Origin: Octopus bimaculoides
Taxonomy: Eukaryota
NCBI RefSeq assembly: GCF_001194135.2
Contig: NC_068981.1
Span: forward strand, 199,259,096 to 199,323,095
Reading direction: 5' to 3'
DNA: 64,000 nt
The notes below the pieces were generated by a model. The model was not told the origin of the DNA and searched no databases. It saw nothing but the letters and a program-made list of their open reading frames with translations. The translations under genes and the position numbers were made by a program. The first letter of the stretch is position 1; each line of letters opens with the position of its first letter. Positions 12,424-26,109 of the stretch are shown here, in pieces.

Positions 12424-13149
12424 GTACGTGAGCTGTCGACATTTCCAATATCTCATTCTCTCATGCAAAAATATATTCTATATTCATTCTGGTTTAAGGT
12501 AGAAAGGTTGATAATAACATTGAACCAATATTATCAATTCAGTTTCAATCCTAGCTTAAGCACTAAAACATGTCTGTCTGTCTGTCTATTTATATATATA
12601 TGACTGAAATACGATTAATTTCTTTCTCTTCTTTTGTTAGTTTCCCCTCATTAGACTGTGGCCTTGCTGGAGCATTACCTCTCTTCCACTATTTATCTTA
12701 TTCATCCTCTTTGATTGATGAAAGGCCTAGTTAACCTTGACTAGATTTGAACTCAGAACATCACCAGTCACTTGCAGGTAATTCTATCCTTCATTGTCAA
12801 TAGAGTGAAGGAAATTTAATGTAGATGGAATGTTTCATTTTTAAAAAAGAGATGAATAATTCCATGAATTACTAGAATTTTTATTCTCTGGTTTCTGAGT
12901 TATTGACAGTTCCACTGATCTAGTTTCCTTCACAATGCTACGATTTGCAGTTAATGTGATGACATTTCACATTAATGTCTCAGAAGCAGTGATTACCAGA
13001 AGAAAGAAAAAAAAAAACCCTCAAAAACATAAATGGCTGCTTCCAATTTACCTCCTCAGACACATTACTTCTATATTTTGTCTCAAAGAAGAAAATTACT
13101 GGTTAAAAGAATGGGAAGAAATTTAGGTAAATTTCTAACTAATGGACAG

Positions 13150-13249
13150 AGAAGTGGAGGCATATATTTAAGTGGGTCCCACCCTGGTATTGTTGGTCTG
13201 GCAGAGTGCCGAGCAGCGCAAATAGAAGAAGCAAAGAGGGAAAGAAAAG
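13150..13249 (+). CDS. Candidate exon (RSGGIYLSGSHPGIVGLAECRAAQIEEAKRERK)
   Basis: TTCTAAC branch-like motif, cag acceptor with weak pyrimidine tract, donor GTAAAA; GC-richer island. Confidence 0.25.
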
Positions 13250-13324
13250 GTAAAAGCAATACGAAAATCAATATAGATTCTTGTGATGTTGCCAGAAGTT
13301 GAGCAGATAATATTAACTAGAAGT

Positions 13325-13328
<4 letters not shown>

Positions 13329-13375
<47 letters not shown>
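13329..13375. repeat. (GA)n microsatellite
   Basis: Directly visible. Confidence 0.95.
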
Positions 13376-13382
<7 letters not shown>

Positions 13383-13991
13383 GGGGAAGCAGAGGAAATA
13401 GGATGGGTCGATGATGGGGAAGCAGGAAATGGATGGAGGAAAGGTAAAGAGAGAATTGGTTTGAAAAGAAGGAGTTAGTTGAGGAGAATTGAGAGAGGGA
13501 GGGTAAAAGGTAATAATATAGGAAAACAAAGGGAGGAAGTATAAGAAGGAGAGAGAGGGAAGGGAAAAGGTAAGAAAGAGAGTGTTGGGGGCGGGGGAGA
13601 GAAAGCTGTGTAGCAAAAGCATAAAAGTCCAGCATTGAGAATATGGCATTGTGGGAGAAATTGAATTAAAGCTGGAATATTTCATAAATGAAACAGTGAA
13701 ACCTTCTCTTGTTATGTCATTAAAACCACCACATCACCATTATAACTACTGCATCATGAACATTACCATCATTATCCTCAACAACACAGCATTATAACAA
13801 CAACAATAACAACATTATCACAATATCCTTACAATGTAATTTTCAGAATAAAATAGAAATCCTTCGATTGGTGTTTGCAGCAGACAATGCTTAAAGGGGT
13901 GCAGTTTGTTGTTGCTAGATTAGTGTTTCTCTGAGAATTGTGTCGATGCCAGTATATAAGAGTCACAGAACTGTTAAATGGGCTAATAAAT

Positions 13992-14224
13992 TTAACTCCT
14001 CTTTTGTTACCATATCCCTGTTGAGATGCTCTGTGTTCCTTTCAATTAATTTTAAATATAACAAAGAATTTAGTAAAATAACGTAGTTCTCATTAAGTTA
14101 GTGTTAGGAACATAAATTGTGACTAAGGTTTGGTGGAAGATTTTAATTCAGAACTTTTGAAAGCAAGGCATTTGTACTACAGAGTCAAAGGTGGTTTCAG
14201 CCAGGTTGGCATCAAAAGGGTTAA
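13992..14224. mobile_element. piggyBac-like MITE with TTAA at both ends
   Basis: TTAA-CTCCTCTTTTGTTACC at 13992 and GGCATCAAAAGGG-TTAA at 14208-14224; imperfect TIRs. Confidence 0.6.
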
Positions 14225-16119
14225 GCTTTCTAGAATACAGCCAAACTCATATAGAAAATGATAGGTCAATACACACAGTTGTGAGGCCACGTGGTCCATA
14301 TATAAGTTAAAACAAAATTTGTAGGTCTATGATAAAAACTGTTACATCTATAGCAAAACCATCTTTATTTCATTGCTTATCTAGGACTACATTATCTAAT
14401 GTGTGTGTGTGTATGTATGTGTAATGTGTGTGAATATAACCCATCCCAAAAAGAAATATATTGTCAGCTGTCACACTTCTGCCCCCAATGTATGATATGT
14501 TGTAACAGAGACACGTGTTGTGTGAAGCAAGTAAATTTATATTCTACGATTGTTGTTGCCTTCATAATATATCTTTATAGTATTGTAATAAAAACACATT
14601 TATTCTGAACAAACCTTTCTAGTTTCAATTGAACCTTCCTACTTTCCTTGAAAGGTTTTATTTTTATTGGCTGCAAAACATTTTGGAAACTCTCATCCAG
14701 CTTGTCTCAATAATGAGAAATATGATTTTCCTTTATGTGTGAGAAAGCTTATCCTCTTTTAACTAATTCCACATCATATTTATGCCCCCAAAATGTCTTT
14801 TCTTTTCAGCCATTTTAATATTTTTGAAAATTATCATCACACTCTGACCAGTGTGATGGTTGTTTTGATGTTGTCTGTCCTGAAGTTGATGAGGATTTTA
14901 AGGACAGTAATGACGATGGCGATGACATTGATATAGTGGCAATGTGGATGAAGAAGCAGAAGAAAAAGAAGGAGGAAGAAAAGAGAAGACAATGGAGAAA
15001 ATGAAGAAAAGGGGAAAGCAGATGAAGAAGACATAAAGTCTAATGAATGGTCGAACAAAGAAATTAAATATAAACTGAAATACTGTGGTTAATGATGATG
15101 ATGATGCTGATGATGATAGGTCTAAACAATGTTTATTATTTAGGTTGCTGTCCACTTCCTGCACAGTCCAGAGGGTTAACAATCCCTTCATCTTCTTTGT
15201 TGGTGGTCAAGAACTTGACCAATTAGATTGTCTAATCCTAACAACAACTCACTTCCTTTAACAGCCTACAAACACTCTTTGCAGTTTATTCTTGCCAAAA
15301 GACGCATCGTTTCTAGTTTCTTCATCTTTGTGATTTTATTTTCTTGTTTGTAGATAATAGTGAAATATGTGGTTATTTGACTTCCTCACAAATCTTTGGA
15401 AAGCACTTTGAGGCCCAAAGTTTTCCTCTGTTCTCTGACTCTCACCCCAGAGCAATGCAGTCATTGTATTGATGATTATCTCAGGACTATGTCTTCTCTC
15501 TCTCTCTCTCTCTCTTTCATGTAATTCATTCAATTCCTTCATTTCATTCCTTAACTCTTTCCAGCATCACTTCTTACTTTCTATTTAACTCCCACTTTTG
15601 TCTTGATTGCTTCTGCTCCAGATTCATTTTCCTTCTCACCATTCTTCTGGTTCTTTCACTTCTCACATTCATACATTAACCTTGATGCTAAGTTCTTCCA
15701 AATACTCCTCTTCTTTCTCAAACACAGTTATTCCCAACCTGTCCATCATTGAGTCCAGGTTACCAAACACATCTAAGCCCTCTTTTCCTGTTCCTTCCCA
15801 TTTACTAACCACATTTATTTCCTCTTTGAACTTCTTCTGCTTTTCTCAGCCTCTAGACATGATCACAACCTTCTTAACCTTCTGCTCAGAATTCCTTCCA
15901 CTCTTAGACATACCAAACTTCAAACCTTCATCTGTTCCAGTTCTTGTTCTAAGATTTGTTCTTTAACTTTCAAGATCACAATTTTGCTCAGTCTTAAGTT
16001 CACCTTCCAAGTTGTTGACCCTTTCACTTGTACCTGAACAATTTTATATGTTGCATTGAAGGGAAGGAGGGGGTCTGGTCCTTCAGAATGGACTCTGCTA
16101 AAGTCACTCAAAATTATCA

Positions 16120-16340
16120 GGTGGTGGTGTTAAATTGGGCAATGGATTAAGTCTACTACACAGGCATGCCTTGGTGGGATTTGAACTTTAGACCCAAACA
16201 GCCAGAACAAATACCACAAAGCGTCCAGTCCCGCATTCTTACGGTTCTACTCCCCAATGGATCAATCTGTTTTGATTGACCCCGAAAGGGTGAGTTGCAA
16301 AGATGACCTTGTCAGGATTTGAAACCAAACTACAGAAAAT
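16120..16340 (-). mobile_element. Degenerate family C SINE
   Basis: gaccccgaaagggtgagttgcaaagatgacctt...ggatttgaa matches 23790-23850. Confidence 0.5.
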
Positions 16341-16649
16341 CACAAGAAAGACCACCAGATATGGATTCTTCTGTTGACGAAAATCTAATGTCACCATACA
16401 TTCGTCTGTGTCCTCTCACAGAGCGTCTCAGAACCAAACCCCGCAGGACAATGACCACCTGCAACACACACCACTACAAGTACTAAGCAGAGTCTCAACA
16501 CAGAACAGGGATATTCTGTGATGATTCTTCTAATGCAAAAACATGAAGATATAAACAAAGTCAAGACTTAGTGATTTGAGATTGTTACATAAGAAAATGG
16601 TGAGCAATGGCAGGACATCACCATTCTCAACACTGTCTTACAACAGAAG

Positions 16650-17340
16650 AACAAACACAACACTTCACGTGGATACTTCCAGATCCAAACAATGGCTTTT
16701 GATTGGTGACATCAGGGTCATGTGGTGAAACCTCATAGTTTTGCTCATCTGGGCAATAAGGAGAGCAGAGTGTTGGACAAACCATCAGATAATCCTATGC
16801 AAAACTCAAGTGAGACTTACAATGGAATACTTCTATTTACAGAATGGTGTTTCAGCTACACTCACTAACACCCAACACCTCATCACCCTTCCCTGCCAAA
16901 AGCCACCCAACTGATTGGCATAAAATGGCTCACCAATATACTCAAGCCTCTGGTCTTCAGACATGTTGTGTCTCTTTCCTCTGCCTTTTCTACCACTACT
17001 ACAGTGGTCTCTGTTCCTCAGAGACGATTAGTCTCATACCATTACCACTCAGGAACAATTCTCTCATCCCTCTTCATCTTGTATTCTTCCCAGCCACCCT
17101 CTCCACACTGGCTGCTTTTACTCAATTCTTCCTACATAAAATGTCAGCATTCGGAAGCTCTCTTTCAGACCGTGTTTTCCTGCAATCACTATGACACATC
17201 TGTTAGAGAGGAACATCAGCAAATTTGATCTTCTTAGTGTCAGAGGTTTGCAAAGTCATTGGTTCAAACCATTGAATCATTAAAGTTCAAAATTAGTAAA
17301 CATCAAGAGACTGAATGGTTATTAACTGGACAGGCCATTC
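16650..17340 (+). mobile_element. Highly degenerate Ty3/Gypsy pol (RT-RNase H) relic
   Basis: Scattered motif remnants RGYFQI, QNGVSA, LAAFTQ..SAFGSSLSD, KPL in expected order; many stops. Confidence 0.35.
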
Positions 17341-18359
17341 CTTCTTAATATTTCTAAAAGTTCCTCCATTCTGTAGCTGTCAAACTAAAAACTTCAGTGG
17401 AGCTCAGTCCCTTGGGAGTTACATGAATGACAAAGGGTCCTTCATAAGGGCCATACAGTGATGCTTCTGTGAAGACCATCATATTCAAGGAGAAAGCATA
17501 TTAAAATCATACAAAAGCACAGAGAAACTCAGTTACTTTCTTTCATACTTTTTAAAAAATTCACAAGCAAACCCCTCAGAATTAAGCTGAATTTCTCTTA
17601 ATTCAATGACAAATGAATTGTGGTTTAAAAACTGAGGAAATTTAGATGCAGCCAGGCATAATAGGCTCAGCTTGTGTGATGTAATAACGCAATTTACCAT
17701 TCCAGGAATTATTTCATCTCATCAGCCAGCCAATAGAACTCTCCCTTTTTAAAGAGCAGACAGATTTAGTTTGTTTCGAAACAAACTAAACTAGGAGATG
17801 CTGCAGTCTTGGAAGGGTTTTGGCAAATGTCCACCATTCCCTGGAGTTAGTGAATTTTACCAGGAAGAAAAACTGGTTGGACAACATTTAAAGACCTTGA
17901 AAGAGATGGTGTTTACCTCTGTCCAGTAATGTCTCAACACTAAATCACTGAAGCATGAAACTGGGATGACATAAACCAACACCAGAAGGATTTTAACAAA
18001 GACATCAGCAACAAGAGAGACAAATATGCTTCCCTAAATAGTAGAAGGTGAAGAATATAATATATAACAATATATTCCTTTCCATTATTGATTGGGAATG
18101 TTCTGGCTCAATGTTATGTTCTAAACACTGGTCTAAGAAATATGAAACTGTCATGGTCATCTACACTTGTTTGGTCAGTTACTGAATGGAGGTCAAAACA
18201 AATGGTTCAAATATGAACCAAAGACTGTTTTGAAGAATATCAATATCATTCCTTCGAGAATTGCTTTAATGAATTTCTATATACTTTCAATTAGTAACAT
18301 TGTTCCAATGAAAAATATCCTTAACAGAAATTCACTTTTAAATTTCAGGAACAGAAATT

Positions 18360-18520
18360 TGGGTCGGTGCCACCAGGTTAGAGTGGTGTGCTTAATGTTA
18401 TTTATTTTGGACCATTTCTACAAGTTGCTAATTTTTTTCATTGAGTTATCAGAAATAATAATGGATTCAATGATTTCCAGTGCTTATTTTGTCCATCAGC
18501 ATTTCAATTTGCAATTTTGT
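18360..18520 (-). mobile_element. Gypsy-like integrase core remnant
   Basis: Minus frame IIISDNSMKKISNL*KWSKINNIKHTT resembles I.SDNG.QF.S..F..F....IKH.T. Confidence 0.4.
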
Positions 18521-18544
18521 GTGGTTCTTCTTTGCTTTTCAATC

Positions 18545-18650
18545 TTCTTACATTGTAGGGTAGGTGTGAGAGGCCAGATCCGACAGATTTGAACATAAAA
18601 GAGAATATTTTGGCTGGATCTAGCTGGTTTAAATGCTAAAAGGTATTCCC
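18545..18650 (-). mobile_element. MITE-like repeat (family of 5395-5570)
   Basis: Reverse complement ttttagcatttaaaccagctagatccagccaaaatattct. Confidence 0.55.
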
Positions 18651-19264
18651 CATGCATTCTAAAGCTTCATCTGTTTACAAGAATACACACTCACCATGTA
18701 AAGTTATGTATACACTCAAAATATATACCCATTTCTGCGCACAAGATACCCCTAGTCTCAGTAATGTTGCTCCTTTCACAGGAAGTTAATTAAAATTATT
18801 GTTTACTCCAATCAAAACAGAAGATAAAAGCAACAAAATTTCGTTTCTACCAAAATTTCCTCCAAGTAATATGTCATAGCAACTACTCTATTATGACTGA
18901 ACAATATTTTCTGTACGTTGACTATTTATTCAATCACAATATAAATAGATTTGTGCAATAAACTGAAAAACAAAATGTTTTTTTATGAAATTAGAAAGAA
19001 ATTCAAGAAATTTGATGATTTTTATTTCTTAGTTTTTATAAAAATCAATAAACTTCACAAAAAAATTTCAAAGCAAAATAAAAGAAATCCATTTTTATTT
19101 CATTAGTTTTATCTTTATTGTGGATATTCACTGCACAATCGTAGAACAATGCTGAAGATCTTGGGAATATACATCATTTTGCTTTTGTATTGTCCTAATC
19201 TATTGACAAGATTTGACTTTATATATATGTAAAGTGCCTTGTGGTATTAGTTTCTCTATGTACA

Positions 19265-19295
<31 letters not shown>

Positions 19296-19329
19296 ATAGA
19301 TAGATATATATATATTTATATCTGATGGC

Positions 19330-19565
19330 AGATACCAGTATCAATGGCAGATACTGGTGTCACACAAATAGCACCCATGCTGGTGGCACATAAAAGCACT
19401 CATTACACTCTCAGAATGGTTGGCATTAGGAAGGGCATCCAGACATAGAAACCATGCCAAATCAGACAGGCGTCTGGTGCAGCCTTCCAGCATGCCAGCC
19501 CTGGTCACATCATCCAACCCATGCCAGCATAGACAACGGACATTAAATGATGATGTTGATGATAC
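19330..19565 (+). mobile_element. RTE 3' tail with one array unit
   Basis: gctggtggcacataaaagcac...ggttggcattaggaagggcatcc...ggacattaaatgatgatg. Confidence 0.8.
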
Positions 19566-20329
19566 ATATATATATATATATATAATTCTTTTATCTGTTT
19601 CAGTGACCAAAAGGGATTAGTTGTGCGTGTGTACATGTTTTCTGTTCTCTAGTTCAAAAAACAGGGAGTGACTATGTTGCATATCTGAATAGAAGAAAAT
19701 GTGATAAACATTACTGAGCCAAATGGCCAATCTTTCTAAAAACTTCACACAATCTGATTGCTTTCCTGAACTCAAGATGCAAAATATTTGGCGGCTGCTC
19801 TCATGATAGAAAATGCATTTTGGTGATGCTCTGACTCAGAGCTATTTGATAGATAGAATATATAGAATATATATATTTGATATATAGAATATATAGAATA
19901 TATTCTCATTCAAACTGCTGCAACTCATTGTATTAGGGAGCATGTTCATTGATGGAAATAAAGAAAATTCTATGTGACACATTTGTATTTAGGGCAGTAT
20001 GAGTGTTTACTGATATAGAGAAGAGATCCTTTATGTTTTCTGTACAGGTAATATAAGTTGACATCCAAGTCAAGAGTGAATCTTGTGGTGATTTTAAATC
20101 CCAGTTCTCTGAAGAATTAGTAGCATTTAGGATTTTGAGTTGAGACATAATCTGCTAGCAGATTCAATTCAGTTTTGCTTTATTTGTGTTATTATTCAAT
20201 CATCAGTTGTCTTGATTTGTTGTTTTTCATCATCTAAGAAAGATGGTGGATAATCTTTCTCTACAAGAAGCAGAAATGGCAATTTCCACACATACATACT
20301 CTATCTCTCTTTCACAAACACACAAACAT

Positions 20330-20445
<116 letters not shown>

Positions 20446-20619
20446 ACACAAGATGAGCCATTTTTTTCAGTTTCTTGTAACTAAATCATTTCACAAAGCT
20501 TTGCTCTACCTAGGACTACAGTAGAACTCACAGCTACACATACCAAGAGCTGATTCATGGATATTATCTCATCAGCTTCCTTCATTCCCATTTCCCCTTT
20601 CATATGTGGTCCTATTATT

Positions 20620-21060
20620 TTTGAATTCCAAAATTTTCATAGCTTAATAATCTTTTCGATGCCATTCACTCTTATAATGTGACCAAAGACATTTAATCTT
20701 TGTTTTGTAATCAATATTCACAGGTTTCACTTACTGCACTATCGATCTGTTTGTTCTTATATCCACCCAAGATATTTTCAATATTCTTCTCCCATGTTTT
20801 GAAGGCATCAATTTTCCTTCTAATTTCTTTGTTAATTGTCCAATTTTCACATCCATCAATGAATATTCCATCGATTTTAATAATCTCTCTTTTTTGTTGT
20901 TTGCCACAGTCTTTTAGCTTCCACTCTTCTCTCTCTTGTCTCCTCAGAGCCATCTTACCAACAGATATTCTTCTAAGAAGTTCTTTTGAACTACTCCCAC
21001 CACATTCATCTTTCGATTCAAGAAACATAACCACAAAAGCTGCCACCTCAGAAATCTTTA
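20620..21060 (-). mobile_element. Degenerate RTE-type LINE fragment of a different family
   Basis: ELLRRISVGKMAL...DGCENWTINKEIRRKIDAFKTW resembles EI..RI..A..AF...YG.ETWT...KL.AFE.W. Confidence 0.65.
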
Positions 21061-23354
21061 GAGATATTTACCTGAGGCAGTCAATCTTTGTGTGTGTGTC
21101 TGTACACAAATATGTATATGTGTCTATACACATACATGTACACACACATACACTCCATCAATGCCATACACATTTAATAAACTAATTTCAAGTCTTGATA
21201 TTACTACAGTCAATTTTACCTGGGTTCAGGTTTTTTGTTTTAAGTTCCCTAAATAAGTTCGCATTATGGCTCAATTATGAATTCCCCCACATTCCCTTGA
21301 AAGTGTTTGTTTCATCTTGTGACACCGTGTGGCCCTTGTTCTCATCAATTTCCTATCCTTCTGCAGTTTCTTTACAATTCATCTTATCTCCTCCTCTTCC
21401 CCCTCTCTGCTTCCTCCTCCTCCCCTCCTTCTTCTTCTTCCACCACCACCACCAGTCTAATACATTTTGAATTATTATACTTTTTCTATAAATCTTCTCT
21501 ATTAGTGTTAATAAGCTAAATATACTTTACCATAGTTTTAGTAATTGAGCTATTTTATTCTTTTTCTATGGTGTTCTGCCCAACTTGATTATTTTATTTC
21601 ATTTCTTTATTAATTTATAATTAGCCTTTATTTATTCATAAAAAAATTAAGCTAATCTTTGTATCTCTATAAATTCATACTTAGCTTATATAAAACTATA
21701 CTGGTATATTCACTACATATAAAAAAACTGCTTAGATTATAATTTTATTAATATATAATTTGCATGTTCTTTTACCTCAATACTCCTTTATTAATACCAG
21801 TATATACCAATTAATCAATATTCACAGATACCATCTGATGAGTTAGTATTTAAGTATATAATATGTATAGATCTTAAACTATTTCTGGATAATTTCTTTT
21901 CCTCCCTCTATTGTGGTAAAAGTTTGGTGTATACTCAAAAGTATTCATAAATTTCTATCCCTTTGTTATAATATTTTTCTTAATAATCCTCTGAGTAACC
22001 CTAAATTTTAACTGTATACAATATAGCAACATTGTTTAAAATATTTAACTATAGTACTACATGATAAGACTTCCCCTGTCTCATTATCAATAGTCTGCTA
22101 GTGGGCAACCCCCTTAGTTGTCAGCTAGCATCTTCCTTTACCAAACCTCATGATATTGCTTCTAATAAATCTTGATTTTTATGACTATACTAACTATGAA
22201 TTCTGTCTGCTCCCTCAGCCCTACCCCTAACAGATACTGCCCTTTATTCTCTCAGCCTTAGATATATAAGGATTTGATAAACTAGTCTATAAATTAAAAC
22301 TGACCCCATAAAAATAACAAAAAAAATCAGTGACAGGCAGAATCTTCTTGATAATTTAGTAACTTCTATGCTGAAGTAGAGGCAACATGTTCTTTGTCTA
22401 TCTCCTTAACCCCTTGGAGATTTTAGGTATAATTATACTAATGTGTCCAGCTGTTCTAATTTAATTAAATTCTATATCTTTGTGCAGCTGAGGATTGCTC
22501 TACATTTTAAATTGATGTAATGATTGCATTGTTCAATTAAATGGCGTTGCATGAAATGATCGTACTGCATTACCTCTGGATATCCTTGTTGCTTATTTTA
22601 ATTTTATATATATATATATATTAGAAAAAATAAGGTACTCAGAGATCTGGATGGCTGTACATATATTAGTGTTTGCATCTATTCTAGTANNNNNNNNNNT
22701 ATATATATATATATGTATGTATGTGTATGCCTACATATATAGAATTGTAATCATACATGCTGACAGCAACAGTAAATGGCTGAAAGCAGCAGTCGAGATA
22801 TCCCTATACTGTCAACAATTTTGGCTTTACATCAGAGCCTTCACACACATACACACACACACACACATCTCTCAAAACAATCCATCAAAGAGAAAGAAAA
22901 CTCTGAAATTTAAGCCGTTCAGCAAGCAATTGCAAGCAGCTGATACTGCTTTGCCCAGAAAATGTTATAACATGATGTCATACCCTAATCCTTCGCCACA
23001 GTTTATTATTCCACTTTACGTCGTTTCCTCCGTGGTGTTGTTTTGCATTTATAATGAAATAAATATGTACAAATTATAAAAATCATCAAAAGAAATATAC
23101 AGTTCAGTATTTTGGAGATCTTCATATATTATGAGGGGGTTTGGGACCCTAACACCCACGAGAGTTGGGTGTGGATGACTGATAACAAAGAAAATGTTCA
23201 TACACACACGCACACGCGGATGTGAAATTAAAGAAAAAGGGTCACTGAACTGTGTCACAGAGTTTATATTTTTATGAACGATTTAAGGGTCAGCATCACA
23301 TGATTCGTTGCACAAATTGCAATTTCTTCTGAAAGATGGAAAGACAGAGAGAAT

Positions 23355-24063
23355 GTATTCTGTTATTCTGTTATTCTTTTACTTGTTTCAGTCATTTGAC
23401 TGTGGCCATGCTGGAGCACCGCGTTTAGTCGAACAAATCGACCCCAGGACTCATTCTTTGGAAGCCTAGTACTTATTCTATTAGTCTCTTTTGCTGAACC
23501 ACTAAGTTACAGAGACGTAAACACACCAACATCGGTTGTCAAGCAATGCTGGGGGGACAAACACAGACACACAAACATATACACACACATATATACATAT
23601 ATACAATGGGCTTCTTTCAGTTTCTTATTTATTTATTGCCCACAAGGGGCTAAACATGGAGGGGACAAACAAGGACAGACAAATGGATTAAATCGATTAC
23701 ATTGACCCCAGTGCGTAACTGGTACTTAATTTATCGACCCCGNNNNNNNNNNCGATTACATTGACCCCAGTGCGTAACTGGTACTTAATTTATCGACCCC
23801 GAAAGGATGAAAAGCAAAGTCGACCTCGGCAGAATTTGAACTCAGAACATAATGGCAGACGAAATGCCAATAAGCATTTTGCCCGGCGTGCTACCGATTC
23901 TGCCAGCTCGACGCCTTTCAGTTTCTGTCCACCAAATCGACTCACAAGGTTTTGGTCAGCCCGAGGCTATAGTAGAAGACACTTGCTCAAGGTGCCACGC
24001 AGTGGGACAGAACCCAGAACCATGTGGTTGGTAAGCAAGCTACTTACCACACAGCCACGCCTG
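23355..24063 (-). mobile_element. Full family A/B SINE split by a younger SINE
   Basis: Head at 24063 (gcaggcgtggctgtgtggtaag), tail at 23355; continuous across the insertion. Confidence 0.9.
23626..23915 (-). mobile_element. Family C tRNA-derived SINE with 11-bp TSD
   Basis: TTTCAGTTTCT at 23615-23625 and 23916-23926; head ggcgtcgagctggcagaatcggtagcacg; 10-N gap inside. Confidence 0.9.
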
Positions 24064-24390
24064 CATCTATGTATCTTAACATTTGGTAGATAAAATATTT
24101 TGCGCAATGAAAAATAATGATTGGGAAAAGCAAATTGAAAGAGGAAAATTATTTTTGAGGGAAGCTGATCAATGTATCGGTTCCCTTCAAATAATGCATC
24201 TGATCTAACATCTGCAGAAGTATCTTCTTCAGAAACTATATTTCAAAACACAAATCAGAACCCGAAAAGCAGAAAATGAGGGAATGTGCCATGAAATAAA
24301 ACAATTTATCAGCTTCTTGCAAGGTACTCTGCTGGCCAAAATAGCAACCATTCTTACTTCTACTGTTGCTGCTACCGTTACTGTTGTCAC

Positions 24391-24493
<103 letters not shown>

Positions 24494-24702
24494 GTCAACG
24501 TCATTGAAACAGCAATGTTCAGATATGTTGAAGATATGGGTTTAAGAATGTGGAATTTTGATAAGGATAGCATTTCAAATATATATGTCTATATATTAAC
24601 ATTGTTGCCTCTCTTCTGCTTTCTGCACACACAAACATACATACACATTTATATGAATATTATTAGATGTATAAGTGAGTGGATGTGAGAGAGATAGAGA
24701 AA

Positions 24703-24763
<61 letters not shown>

Positions 24764-24964
24764 AAGAAAGAATGAAGCAGAAAGAATAATAAAACAACAA
24801 AGTTTTGCTAGACAAACTGTAAATGTTTCTGAACCTTACACTAACACTCTTACTCAGCTGCTACTCTCTCATAATTTCCAATCTTTCTATGCTTCTTTTT
24901 TAAAATTCATCCTTTTTAGACACACACACATATATATATATATATATACATTCATTGAACCATA

Positions 24965-25495
24965 AACTTTGCTTGCGAAGACCTGTTGAGGCAAGTGAAA
25001 TCAAAATCAACATCACTGACGTGGCTGATGACAATAGTTCCTGATTGGCACTTGTGCCAGTAGAATGTTAGAAGCACCATCCGAGCATGATCATTGCCAG
25101 GGCCCCGCTAATTGGCTCCTATGCCGGTGGCACGTAAAAAGCACCATTTGAGCATGATTGTTGCCAGTGTCACCTTACTGGTTCATGAAAAACAACATTC
25201 GAGCGTGGTCGTTTCCACTGCTGCCGGACTGGCTCCCATGCAGGTAGCATGTAAAAAACACCTCTTGAGCATGTCCGTTGCCAGAACCACGTGATTGGCC
25301 CTCATGCTGGTGGCATGTAAAAGCACCCATTACACTCTTGGAGTGGTTGGTGTTAGGAAGGGCATCCAGCTGTAGAAACCATGCCAGATCAGATTGGAGC
25401 CTGGTGCAGTCTTCTGGCTTGCCAGTCCTCAGTCAAACCGTCCAACCCATGCCAGCATGGAAAGCGGACGTTAAGTGATGATGATGATGATGATC
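24965..25495 (+). mobile_element. RTE 3' UTR with about 4 array units and tail
   Basis: Repeated gccggtggcacgtaaaaaagcaccatttgagc, then gaagggcatccagctgtagaaac...gatgatgat. Confidence 0.85.
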
Positions 25496-26066
25496 ACACA
25501 CACACACACACATCTGTTATTTCAGCAGAAGTGATAAATTACTGAACTCAATACAAATACAAATCATCCTTTAATACAGTTTAACTGAAAGGCAGCAATT
25601 TCTAAGACCCAGAGCTGCTCGCTTCCAAGCCTTAGCTGGGAAACTGAGCCTGGTTGTTTTTTTTTTTTTTTTTGATGTCCCCTGCCTGAATAGTTTTTGA
25701 AATTTGAAATGAAAGTTTGAAGGAAACATCTTTATGTTCTTTCGTCTAGAAACCCTTTGTGAACAACACAATGCAAAAGCAGCCACTTCAAGATATATGT
25801 ACACACTGTCTACTTGTTTTGGTCATTGAAATGTAGCCATGCTGGGGCACTACCTCAAAGGGTGTAGTCGTACAAACTGGCCCTAGTATTTATAAAATAG
25901 CATAGCTCTTCAGGCTGAAGTATCTTCTTTGTAAGATGCAGAACTGTGTGTGAAAAACGATGGCCTACTTGCACCATTATACATGCGTGTGTATACATGC
26001 AGTTGTGTTTTATGTGTATGTTTGTATATAAGTGGTGGTGGTGGTTGGGCAGTGTGTATATATATG

Positions 26067-26109
<43 letters not shown>

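Noticed and set aside
15540-15990. Possible LINE or gag relic on the minus strand
   Set aside because: Purine-rich and coding-like, but no diagnostic motif could be identified
23690-23800. Apparent 50-bp tandem duplication in a SINE (also 53150-53270)
   Set aside because: Duplicated flanks around a 10-N gap are typical unmerged contig overlaps
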